NCBI GenBank assembly: GCA_016933415.1
Contig: JAFGAX010000173.1
Coordinates: forward strand, 1 to 52,324
Length of the DNA: 52,324 bases
DNA from: a bacterium
Lineage (GTDB): Bacteria; Zhuqueibacterota; QNDG01; DTFT01
Reading direction: 5' to 3'
Shown here: one piece after another, positions 19,301 to 27,669 of the stretch
Layout of the letters: every line of letters starts with the position of its first letter
Numbering within the stretch: position 1 is the stretch's first letter
Position numbers and translations under genes: made by a program
The notes under the pieces: model-generated
What the model was told of the DNA's origin: nothing
What the model saw: the letters and a program-made list of their open reading frames with translations, nothing else
The model's database searches: none

Positions 19301-19957
19301 CGCTATCCGTTCACCGTGGTCAACACCGCCGTGGAGCCCGACAGCGCCGGCAACCTCGAGAAACTGGATCTGGTCCTGTTCGATGCCAACGAGAACGGCG
19401 TGTTTGACTGGGACTCGGATCGAATTCTCGCTGGATACGCGGCCAAGGATAAGGACAATTACTGGTGGGGCGGGACGATCTTCGCGTTCGATTTTCAGAA
19501 TGCCGGAGTCAACGGGAATCCGACCGCACCGGGCGACCGGTACCGTATCGGCGTGAACACACCCCTCTCGGAATATGATTCGTTCGTCTTCTCCGTGCGG
19601 TCGGAGATCGCGCTCGATCCGGCCCGGGTGGCCTCCGCCATGGATTCCATCAAAGTCGTTCCGAATCCCTACATCTCCACAAACCTCATGGAAACGGCCG
19701 TTGCCAATAAGTATCTGAACCAGAGGCGGCGGATCATGTTCACGCACGTTCCGGCCGACTGCATCATCCGTATATACACGCCCTCGGGCGTGTTGGTCGA
19801 CAGAATCGACGTGGACAACGGGCCGGACGACGGCACAGTGCACTGGAACCTGGTGTCCCGTGAGGGGCTGGAAATCGCCGCCGGGATGTACATTTACCAC
19901 GTTCACTCCAACGCCACGGGCCGGGACAAGGTCGGCAAGTTTGCAGTCATCAAATGA
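16382..19957 (+). CDS. Large secreted protein with Asp-rich loops, FnIII-like region and T9SS/FlgD-like C-terminal domain
   Basis: Signal peptide; DGIDNDDDGIIDE; GDGQVVLTWD...NGRTYYYALVAYD; C-terminal IKVVPNPY...IRIYTPSG...GMYIYHV...KFAVIK. Confidence 0.75.
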   Translation: MKIQTGILAACLGAVLCASGVRAQGRPYTGPEDPAGDISAIRSGYMNMNRLLLYFENNTQIADFPATGTSRWPNDYTGQRMIDVASILAGSEVYIYQDSIPIDRLDDPRLLEAGSLDTLYFVESHSYPDDKPDLNYDGTVEWGIYPVPGYSNAAQDYAAMSNKPESWPPDGWPLTGFTKVWPGEWNGRFGRGVMKAALESYFVANDAQDMEHIIQRNDPEEKLITLGPRYLPRPGRFIGDIDPNVTIQKGLPWGGLGLRYEVRGYQWANNEAQDIVFWEYNVSNISDYDLPISGFGYYVDNSIGGDASGENEVGFRDKVLDLAYVWERLGQGEGGRIPGVMGYAYLESPGKAFDGIDNDDDGIIDESRDNPAGQWVAADMGPNGRLIDVEKFRAFNHREPQPHWEGDEDQDWQDGIDPDQDGSYADRTESGEWVLELGAFAGDDVGMDGVGPGDLNYYGPDADGSECNHQPDFIDVKGEPNFGPLDISESDMVGLTSFLLFDWAQWQNTLRLTLNEDMNVWNVMNSDTLCDYLVAGSYGSIYMIFASSPFPLYKGRTERVSMAFMAAYENLATLNAKAHRAENLFRLKEVAQIIYDHDYQFAQPPLMPTLKASAGDGQVVLTWDNISDTKTREPLLQNVNDFEGYKLYKSTDKFMSDARIITDGKGTRKFRAPIFQCDRVDSIKGYSSLGGTMDGHLVYLGDDTGIRHYFIDTDVQNGRTYYYALVAYDYGVDDLDIAPAESGVDIELDEAENVVRIGQNVQVVTPGQTAAGYVPPEIAIDGANSSERLTGGMVEPAVVDSKEIQPGHRYRVAFNTSVIGNYALSKTRRALRDARRVTSGMRIEDVTESPMTVYEEDAARGYTESNLQYDSDLKTWRLQAGSTISTDVFDGLLCRIIVPPDSVYIERDPAKTGWIQGQAAIRIQAGPALSFFPFQYEIIFDPDAEYQSITNRTSGIYDVDGSLVSNRKRGIGLRYPFTVVNTAVEPDSAGNLEKLDLVLFDANENGVFDWDSDRILAGYAAKDKDNYWWGGTIFAFDFQNAGVNGNPTAPGDRYRIGVNTPLSEYDSFVFSVRSEIALDPARVASAMDSIKVVPNPYISTNLMETAVANKYLNQRRRIMFTHVPADCIIRIYTPSGVLVDRIDVDNGPDDGTVHWNLVSREGLEIAAGMYIYHVHSNATGRDKVGKFAVIK

Positions 19958-20003
19958 CGGATCCTTTGCAACCCTCACGTCCCGACAACACAGGAGATCG
20001 GAC

Positions 20004-21062
20004 ATGAAGACATTTCAAACAGCGGCGATACTCGCGACGGTTCTGCTGGGCGTCCTTCCCGTGATGGGACAGTCCAAGCCCTACCGCGTGGGAACGACGA
20101 CCGCCAATTTTCTGGAAATCGGCGCCGAAAGCGCGGGTTCCGCCATGGGAGAGGCCTTTGTCAGCGTCGCCCGTGACATTTCCTCCGTCTACTGGAATCC
20201 GGCCGGCCTCTCCTTCATGAATCGGAACGGGATCCAGTTCGCATACCAGCCGTGGATCGTGGACATCCAGTTCACCCATGCCGCCGCGGCCGTCGTGCTG
20301 CCTTCATTCGGCACGTTCGCCCTGTCATTTACGGGCATGAGTTATGGAAGCACCCCCGTGACGACCCTGGAGATGCAGGAAGGCACGGGCGAGTCCTATT
20401 CCGCCATGGACATCGCCGCGAGTCTCTCCTATGCGAGGAAACTGGCCCAATGGTTCGGATTCGGCGCCACGTTCAAGTACGTGACTTCCGGAATCTGGCA
20501 CATGCGCGGCAATGCCGCGGCCCTGGATCTAGGGCTCCTCATCAACACCGGATTCTTCTCGCCGGACGAAACCCGGGAAAACGGACTTGCCATCGGCATG
20601 AGCATTTCCAATTACGGGACGAAGATGCGGTTTGACGGCATGGACCTGCTCCAGCCCATCGATATATCGGAAGACGAGGGGAACTACAAGGACGTGGAAG
20701 GCCAGTTCCGCCTCCAGTCCTGGGAGCTGCCCCTGATTTTTCGGGTCGGTGCCTCGATGCTGCCCTTCAAAACGGCCCATCATCAGCTGTGCGTGGCGGT
20801 CGACGCTTTGCACGCCAACAACAACAGCGAATCGGTGAACCTCGGGGGGGAATATCGGATCAGCATTCCGGGAAGGGCCGCGCTCTGCCTCAGGAGCGGA
20901 TACCGGGGATTGTTCATGGACCGCAGCGAATACGGATGGACGTACGGCGGCGGAATTCACTGGGCCCTCATGAACAACCGCGCGCTGAAAATCGATTATG
21001 CCCTCAAGTCGACCGGGCTTTTGGGTGATTATTCCATGTTCACGGTCGGGGCCTCGTTCTAG
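20004..21062 (+). CDS. PorV/PorQ (UPF0164) family beta-barrel
   Basis: FLEIGA...AMGEAF...SVYWNPAGL, LPLIFRVG, C-terminal Phe; AGGAG RBS before ATG 20004. Confidence 0.85.
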   Translation: MKTFQTAAILATVLLGVLPVMGQSKPYRVGTTTANFLEIGAESAGSAMGEAFVSVARDISSVYWNPAGLSFMNRNGIQFAYQPWIVDIQFTHAAAAVVLPSFGTFALSFTGMSYGSTPVTTLEMQEGTGESYSAMDIAASLSYARKLAQWFGFGATFKYVTSGIWHMRGNAAALDLGLLINTGFFSPDETRENGLAIGMSISNYGTKMRFDGMDLLQPIDISEDEGNYKDVEGQFRLQSWELPLIFRVGASMLPFKTAHHQLCVAVDALHANNNSESVNLGGEYRISIPGRAALCLRSGYRGLFMDRSEYGWTYGGGIHWALMNNRALKIDYALKSTGLLGDYSMFTVGASF

Positions 21063-21127
21063 GGTGCGCCCCCTGGAATGGGCCGCAGGGAATGACCGAA
21101 AAGAGGTTTCCTGAACGGGAGTGAAAA

Positions 21128-23611
21128 ATGAGAAGCCGGGTTTTCGCGTGCGGATTCATGCTCGTCCTGTCGGCCGCAGCGCCGACTGAACGCGGCCGGG
21201 CGGAGGCTCCGCTCGTGCTGCGGTACGAACAGCCGGCCGGTGTGTGGACCGAGGCCCTGCCCCTGGGAAACGGGCGGCTGGGCGCCATGGTCTTCGGGAA
21301 TCCCTCGCATGAGCGCATTCAGCTGAACGAGAGCACGGTCTGGGCCGGGGGACCCTGCCGCAACGACAATCCGGACGCGCTCCAGGCGCTACCCGAAGTG
21401 AGACGTCTGATTTTCAGCGGCGATCCCGGCGCCGCGCAGGCGCTGGCCAATGAAACAATGGTCTCGAAAACCACCCACGGCATGCCCTATCAGATTCTCG
21501 GGAACCTGTATCTGTCCTTTCCCGGGCACGAACAGGCCGTGGATTACAGGCGTGAACTGGACATCGGGAGAGCCGTGGCGACGACAGGGTACCGGGTTGG
21601 TGAAACGACCTATACCCGCGAGGTTTTCGCGTCGTTTCCGGATGATGTCCTGTTCATCCGCCTGACCGCCGATCGTCCGGGAAAACTGAGTTTTTCCGTG
21701 TCCATGGACCGTCCGTCGGCCGCGGACATACGGACCGAGGGACGGGACAGGCTGGTCATCTCCGGAACCACGAGCGACTGGGAGACGATTCCCGGACAGG
21801 TCCGGTTCGAGGCATTGGTACAGGTCGTGCCGCGTAACGGAAGCGTGGAAGCGGAGGACCGGACCATCCATGTCCGCCGGGCGGATGAGGCGGTTATTCT
21901 GGTTTCCATGGGGACCAATGTCCTGAGTTACCGGGAGCTCGGCGGCGATCCGCATGCAGCCGCGGCCGAAAGGCTCAGCCGGGCCGGAGCGAAGGAAACG
22001 GGTGCCGCGCTCGCGGACCATGTCGAAGCCTACCGGAAATGGTTCAGCCGGGTCACCCTGGATCTCGGAGTCACGGATGCCGTGAACCTTCCGACCGACA
22101 AGCGCATCGAACAGTTCAGCCGGGGAGACGATCCGCACCTGGCCGCTCTGGTTTTCCAGTTCGGCCGTTACCTGCTCATCAGTTCCTCCAGGCCGGGGGG
22201 GCAGCCCGCCACGCTGCAGGGGCTGTGGAACGACCAGCTGGCGCCGCCCTGGGACAGCAAGTACACCGTGAACATCAACACGGAGATGAATTACTGGCCT
22301 GCGGAAACCACGGCCCTTCCTGAAACGGCCGAACCCCTGGTGCAGATGGTCCGGGAACTCTCGGAAGCGGGGCGGCAGACGGCGAAAACCATGTACGGCG
22401 CGGATGGATGGGTTCTCCACCATAACACCGATCTGTGGCGCATCACCGGACCCGTCGACGGCGCGTTCTGGGGGATGTGGCCGAGCGGCGGCGCCTGGCT
22501 GTGCCAGCACCTCTGGCAGAAATACCTGTTTAACGGGGATTTAGAGTATCTGCGCTCGGTGTATCCGATCTTGAAGGGAGCGGCCGAGTTCTACCTGGGA
22601 TTTCTCGTGGAGGAGCCTTCGCGCGGCTGGCTGGTCGTCTGCCCCTCCATTTCCCCGGAGAACGCACCTTCCGTCCACCCGCAATATTCGATCACGGCCG
22701 GGGCCACGCTCGACAACCAGCTGGTCTTCGACCTCCTGACGGCGACGGCCCGTTCCGCCCGGCTGCTGAACACCGATCCGGCGTTTGTCCGGGAACTCGA
22801 ATCGACGCTGAAGCGGCTGCCGCCCATGCAGATCGGCAGGCACGGCCAGCTCCAGGAATGGCTCGAGGACTGGGACAATCCCGGGGACCATCACCGCCAT
22901 GTCTCCCATTTGTACGGCGTTTTTCCAGGGAACCAGATTTCGCCGTACCGGACGCCCGAGCTGTTCGACGCCGGCCGGACGTCCCTGCTGCATCGCGGAG
23001 ACCCCTCCACGGGCTGGTCGATGAACTGGAAAATCAACCTGTGGGCCCACTTTCTGGACGGCGATCATGCGTACAAGCTCATCACCGAACAGATCAAACC
23101 CGTGGACCGGCGGACCGGCGGGGGATTCACCGGATCCGGGGGAACCTATCCCAACCTGTTCGACGCCCATCCGCCGTTCCAGATTGACGGAAATTTCGGC
23201 TTCACGTCAGGCGTCACGGAGATGCTGATGCAGAGCGACGACGGCGCCATTCACGTGCTTCCGGCACTGCCCCGTGCGTGGCCCCAGGGGAATGTCAGCG
23301 GGCTCAGGGCGCGCGGCGGATTTGAAATCGCGGTGATGGAGTGGAAAGAGGGGAGGATCACCCGCTTGCGCATCCGATCGACGCTCGGCGGCAACTGCCG
23401 GATCCGTTCGCAATTCCCGTTGAAAGGGGAAAGCCGGACGAGACTGAGAGCCGCCAGAGGCAAAAACCCGAATCCCTTATACTGGATTCCGGAGGGGAAG
23501 CGCCCGCTGATTTCCAAAGCCGCCCGGATCGAACCCAGACCCGTGCCGGAAGGGTATCTGTACGATGTCGAGACGACGCCCGGCCGGACATATGAGTTTT
23601 CAGGAATTTAA
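21128..23611 (+). CDS. GH95 alpha-L-fucosidase / alpha-L-galactosidase
   Basis: ALPLGNGRLGAM, FQFGRYLLISSSR, YTVNINTEMNYW, SPEN, HRHVSHL, HPPFQIDGNFG; signal peptide. Confidence 0.95.
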   Translation: MRSRVFACGFMLVLSAAAPTERGRAEAPLVLRYEQPAGVWTEALPLGNGRLGAMVFGNPSHERIQLNESTVWAGGPCRNDNPDALQALPEVRRLIFSGDPGAAQALANETMVSKTTHGMPYQILGNLYLSFPGHEQAVDYRRELDIGRAVATTGYRVGETTYTREVFASFPDDVLFIRLTADRPGKLSFSVSMDRPSAADIRTEGRDRLVISGTTSDWETIPGQVRFEALVQVVPRNGSVEAEDRTIHVRRADEAVILVSMGTNVLSYRELGGDPHAAAAERLSRAGAKETGAALADHVEAYRKWFSRVTLDLGVTDAVNLPTDKRIEQFSRGDDPHLAALVFQFGRYLLISSSRPGGQPATLQGLWNDQLAPPWDSKYTVNINTEMNYWPAETTALPETAEPLVQMVRELSEAGRQTAKTMYGADGWVLHHNTDLWRITGPVDGAFWGMWPSGGAWLCQHLWQKYLFNGDLEYLRSVYPILKGAAEFYLGFLVEEPSRGWLVVCPSISPENAPSVHPQYSITAGATLDNQLVFDLLTATARSARLLNTDPAFVRELESTLKRLPPMQIGRHGQLQEWLEDWDNPGDHHRHVSHLYGVFPGNQISPYRTPELFDAGRTSLLHRGDPSTGWSMNWKINLWAHFLDGDHAYKLITEQIKPVDRRTGGGFTGSGGTYPNLFDAHPPFQIDGNFGFTSGVTEMLMQSDDGAIHVLPALPRAWPQGNVSGLRARGGFEIAVMEWKEGRITRLRIRSTLGGNCRIRSQFPLKGESRTRLRAARGKNPNPLYWIPEGKRPLISKAARIEPRPVPEGYLYDVETTPGRTYEFSGI

Positions 23612-23720
23612 GAGTTGAGGAGCGAGACCGGCCAATCCGATAACCTGTCCGGTGATCACTTCCCAAAACAGCGGGTTGTTCCATTCGGCGCGGTCCGGAT
23701 CGCATGCGATCGAGGGGGTT

Positions 23721-25280
23721 ATGAGGTCCATTCGCGGAAACGCCGTATTCCTGACACTGGCCGTTCTGTTCTCTTTCCAGTGCCGAAAAAAGAGTCAAGA
23801 CGAGGGGATTCTCGCGGTCATCGGAGACCGGGTGATCACTGCGGACGAATTTTTCCGCAGGGCGGAATACACTGTCCGCCCTCCCTATTGCAGGGGGGAT
23901 TCACCCCAGACGCGGAGCATCGTCCTGAATTCCCTGATCGCCGAGAAATTGTATGCCCTGGAGGAAGGGGACAGCGGCGCTCTGGCGCGGAGTCCGGCTT
24001 TTCAGCGCTATATTCAGGGTAGAAAAGAGCAGTTCATGAGACAGATACTCCTTGAAGAAGCCACAAAAGGGAAGACGATGCCGGAAGATTCTGAAATCCG
24101 CGGCCGCACCAGCGTCGCAGGCAGGGAATACCGGCTGAGTTTTTTTACCGTGAGGCGGGAGAATGTCGGCGCGCTGAAGGATTGGGGGGTGAACGCGGTT
24201 CGGCCGGAATTCTTCAATGACCTGCATGAGAGGACCGGGGGATTGGGACCACCCCCCGAAAGAATCGTTTCCTGGAAATCGCCGGAACTTCCGGCCGTCC
24301 ACAAGGCCCTTTTTTCAGGGCCGCTCCGGAAAAATCAGGTGATCGGCCCGGTCGACGTCGGGGAGGACGGGTATCTCATGATGCGGATCATCGACTGGTC
24401 CGACCGGCCCGCGGTCTCCGAACGGGAAATGCGGGAGCGTTTCGATTCGGTCCGGCGACGCCTGGAGGAGGAGAAGAAGCAGGCCGTTTGGGACGAATTC
24501 GTTTTCGGATTGATGAAAGGCAGGAAACTCGAGTTTCAACGGGATCCGTTCGAGAAGATGGCGGAGTTGATGAGAGCGATCTATATGCCGACAAAGAACA
24601 GCAGGGATCTTTTTCGGCTCGACAGCCTGAGAACCGGTGAGGCGCCCGGCCGGCTGCCGATCGATTCGATTCTTGCCGAAATCCGCTCGAACCGGATGGA
24701 AGGACTGCCTTTCTTCACGTTTGACGGAAGAACCTGGACCGTGTCCGATTTTCTCAAATTGACCGCTTCCCACCCCCTGGTCTTCAGGAAAAGAAGGATG
24801 CGTCCCGGCGAATTTCCCGGGCAGTTCAAGCTGGCTGTCGCGGATCTGCTGAGAGATGCAACCGTCAATCAAGAGGCCTATCACCGCGGGATGGACAGGC
24901 TTCCCGCGGTTCAGCGGGAGACAATCATGTGGAGCGACGCGCTGCTGGCCGCTTATCATAGGCACCGCGTCCTGAAATCCAGGGGAAAGGCCGCTGATTC
25001 AGCGGCCGGCGCGGATCGGAACCCGGACCGAACCCTGGGCGCCTACACGGACAGCCTGTTCAAGGCCAACAGCAACAGGATCGGAATCAACGTCGGCATG
25101 CTCGAAAGCATCCGTCTGACCCGAATCGACATGGTTGCGTTGAACCGTGACCTTCCTTATATTGAGACGGTTCCGGTTTTTCCCGCGTTCACGGCCAGAC
25201 CGCGTCTGGATTACGGGAGAAGACTCGATCGACCACGAGCCGACGCGGCCTCCCGGAGACGCTCCGGCGGCAATCCATGA
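23721..25280 (+). CDS. SurA/PrsA-like foldase-fold lipoprotein
   Basis: Probable lipobox LFSFQC; ILAVIGDRVITADEF SurA-N-like start; degenerate parvulin-like segment (KALFS...QVIGPV...GYLMMRI). Confidence 0.55.
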   Translation: MRSIRGNAVFLTLAVLFSFQCRKKSQDEGILAVIGDRVITADEFFRRAEYTVRPPYCRGDSPQTRSIVLNSLIAEKLYALEEGDSGALARSPAFQRYIQGRKEQFMRQILLEEATKGKTMPEDSEIRGRTSVAGREYRLSFFTVRRENVGALKDWGVNAVRPEFFNDLHERTGGLGPPPERIVSWKSPELPAVHKALFSGPLRKNQVIGPVDVGEDGYLMMRIIDWSDRPAVSEREMRERFDSVRRRLEEEKKQAVWDEFVFGLMKGRKLEFQRDPFEKMAELMRAIYMPTKNSRDLFRLDSLRTGEAPGRLPIDSILAEIRSNRMEGLPFFTFDGRTWTVSDFLKLTASHPLVFRKRRMRPGEFPGQFKLAVADLLRDATVNQEAYHRGMDRLPAVQRETIMWSDALLAAYHRHRVLKSRGKAADSAAGADRNPDRTLGAYTDSLFKANSNRIGINVGMLESIRLTRIDMVALNRDLPYIETVPVFPAFTARPRLDYGRRLDRPRADAASRRRSGGNP

Positions 25281-25311
25281 CCTTTCACAAAACCAAGAGG
25301 AAGCGTATCCC

Positions 25312-26280
25312 ATGAAAACCATTCTTGTGGCTGGGGCCGGCGGATTCATCGGCGGCCACCTGGTCAATGCCCTCCAACAGGAGCACCGCGTGCGCGCCGT
25401 GGACATCAAGCCTCTGAATGAGTGGTACCAGCGGTCGCCCCAGGCGGAAAACCGGGTCCTGGACCTGCGCCTCCGGGAGAACTGCATTGCGGCCGCGGAC
25501 GGATGCGACGCCGTCTACAACCTGGCCGCGGACATGGGCGGCATGGGGTTCATCGAGACGCACAAGGCGGCGTGCATGCTCAGCGTCCTGATCAACACGC
25601 ACCTGCTCATGGCGGCCAGGGAAAAGGGCGTGAAACGGTATTTCTTCGCGTCCTCCGCATGCGTGTACAACGCGGAAAAGCAGATGGATCCGGACAATCC
25701 CGGCCTGCGGGAGTCCGACGCCTACCCCGCGATGGCCGAGGACGGCTACGGATGGGAGAAGTTGTTCAGCGAAAGAATGTGCAGGCACTTCATGGAGGAT
25801 TTCGGCCTGGTCACGCGCGTGGCCCGTTTCCACAACGTCTACGGCCCCTTCGGCACGTGGACCGGCGGGCGGGAGAAGGCGCCGGCCGCGATCTGCCGCA
25901 AGGTCATCGAGGCCAAACTGGGAGGCAGCCGCACCATCTCGATCTGGGGAGACGGCCGTCAGACCCGGAGCTTCATGTACATCGACGACGGCGTCAAGGG
26001 GATCGTGGACATCATGAACAGCGGAATCGAGGAGCCGATCAACCTGGGTTCCAGCGAAATGGTCTCCATCAACCGGCTGGTCGATATTGTGGAGGACATT
26101 GCGGGCGTCCGGCTGGAGAGACAATATGATCTGAACGCGCCCAAGGGCGTGCGCGGCCGGAACAGCGAAAACACGCTCATCCGGAAAACGCTGGGCTGGG
26201 AACCGTCCATCCCGCTTAGGCAGGGGCTTGAAAAGACCTATGCGTGGATTCTGCGGCAGATGACGGAAGGACGGGCATGA
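25312..26280 (+). CDS. GDP-D-mannose 3',5'-epimerase (GME-like extended SDR)
   Basis: GAGGFIG, NLAADMGGMGFI, SSACVY, YGWEK, RFHNVYGP, GGREKAPAAICRK and GVRGRNS all match plant GME motifs. Confidence 0.88.
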   Translation: MKTILVAGAGGFIGGHLVNALQQEHRVRAVDIKPLNEWYQRSPQAENRVLDLRLRENCIAAADGCDAVYNLAADMGGMGFIETHKAACMLSVLINTHLLMAAREKGVKRYFFASSACVYNAEKQMDPDNPGLRESDAYPAMAEDGYGWEKLFSERMCRHFMEDFGLVTRVARFHNVYGPFGTWTGGREKAPAAICRKVIEAKLGGSRTISIWGDGRQTRSFMYIDDGVKGIVDIMNSGIEEPINLGSSEMVSINRLVDIVEDIAGVRLERQYDLNAPKGVRGRNSENTLIRKTLGWEPSIPLRQGLEKTYAWILRQMTEGRA

Positions 26281-27422
26281 ACCGCAACGGGGATGGTGAA
26301 AAAACGGTTCTGGTCAGCGGATGCTTCGATCTGCTTCACGCGGGACATGCCGCTTTCTTCAAGGAGGCCTCGGAGTACGGCCGACTGACGGTCTCCCTGG
26401 GCACGGACGAGAACATCCGTCTTTTAAAGGGGAAAGCGCCGGTTTTCACACAGAACGAACGCCTGTTCCTGGTTCGGTCGATTCGTTTCGTTCACGACGC
26501 GATTCTGGGATCCGGCAGGGGTCTGCTCGACTTCGAACCGGACCTGAAGCGCCTGAAACCGGACCGCTTCGTGGTGAATTCAGACGGGCACACACCCGAG
26601 AAGGAACGTCTGTGCCGCGAGAACGGCGTGGAGTACATCGTCCTTGACCGCGTGCCCGAAAAAGGCCTGCCGGCCCGGTCGAGTTCCGGCCTCAAGATGG
26701 AACTCCGCCTGCCGTACCGCATCTGCCTGGCCGGCGGGTGGATGGATCAGCCCTGGGTTTCCAAATTGCACCCCGGACCGGTCATTGTCGTACAGATACT
26801 GCCGACCGTCGTTTTTCATGAACGCTCGGGCATGGGCACCAGCTCGCGAAAGGTGGCGCTTGATCTCTGGGGCGACCGTATTCCGGATGGCGATCCGGAG
26901 CGCAATGCCAGACTGCTGTTCGGCGCTGAGAATCCGCCCGGTTCCCAGTATGTGTCCGGATCCCAGGACCATCTCGGCCTCCTGCTTCCGGGCATCAACC
27001 GCCTCCACTACGACGGCGGGTATTGGCCGGCACGCATCGACTCGATCAAGGATCCGGATTCCACCAGATGGCTGGAAGGCGTTCTGCATCTGATTCCCGT
27101 CGGATCACGGCCTCAACAATATGATCCTCTCCTGGATCGGAACGTGACCGTGGAAGGCGTGCGGATGCTGGCGGAATCCGCGGAATGCTGCTGGTCCGGC
27201 ATCCGCGACCGGAATGTCGTCCAGCTGGGTCGATCATTGACCATGAACCTGGAGGCCTGGAAGAGGCTTCTGCCCCGTACGGTTCCGGAGGAGCAGGAGG
27301 AAAAACTCCGGGCGTATGCCCGGTATCCGGGCGCGATTTTCTCCGGGAGCGGGGGAGGATACCTCATCCTGGCCTCAGAGGAAGACGTCCCGGGAGGCAT
27401 GCGCATCCGTATTCGAGTCTGA
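26277..27422 (+). CDS. Bifunctional HIGH-type nucleotidyltransferase / fucokinase-like GHMP kinase
   Basis: N-terminal SGCFDLLHAGH; C-terminal PYRICLAGGWMDQP, SGMGTSS, SGSQD, SGSGGGY; ATGA overlap with GME. Confidence 0.75.
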   Translation: MNRNGDGEKTVLVSGCFDLLHAGHAAFFKEASEYGRLTVSLGTDENIRLLKGKAPVFTQNERLFLVRSIRFVHDAILGSGRGLLDFEPDLKRLKPDRFVVNSDGHTPEKERLCRENGVEYIVLDRVPEKGLPARSSSGLKMELRLPYRICLAGGWMDQPWVSKLHPGPVIVVQILPTVVFHERSGMGTSSRKVALDLWGDRIPDGDPERNARLLFGAENPPGSQYVSGSQDHLGLLLPGINRLHYDGGYWPARIDSIKDPDSTRWLEGVLHLIPVGSRPQQYDPLLDRNVTVEGVRMLAESAECCWSGIRDRNVVQLGRSLTMNLEAWKRLLPRTVPEEQEEKLRAYARYPGAIFSGSGGGYLILASEEDVPGGMRIRIRV

Positions 27423-27619
27423 CGCGTGTTTCAGCGGAGTGTGATCCGGGATTCCTACCGGAAAGAGATTGGATGACTGTTCAGAATCCGGAAATCCGGA
27501 TGAACCAGCGCCCCAAAAATGGAGATAACGTCCGACAATTCGCCACCGCGGCTGATAATTGTTTGAATTTTAATAAATTAGGAAATATGATACGATTATT
27601 CCCAATTTTATAAAACCCC

Positions 27620-27648
27620 TTGCATCCCCAGCATTTTTTCCTTAAATT
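27620..27648 (+). promoter_or_regulatory. Candidate sigma70 promoter of the ffh operon
   Basis: TTGCAT-17 nt-TAAATT in an AT-rich gap. Confidence 0.5.
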
Positions 27649-27669
27649 TCATGGCTTTATTGGCATATT

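Noticed and set aside
27423-27669. SRP RNA next to ffh
   Set aside because: No helix-8 consensus visible; the region looks like an AT-rich promoter.
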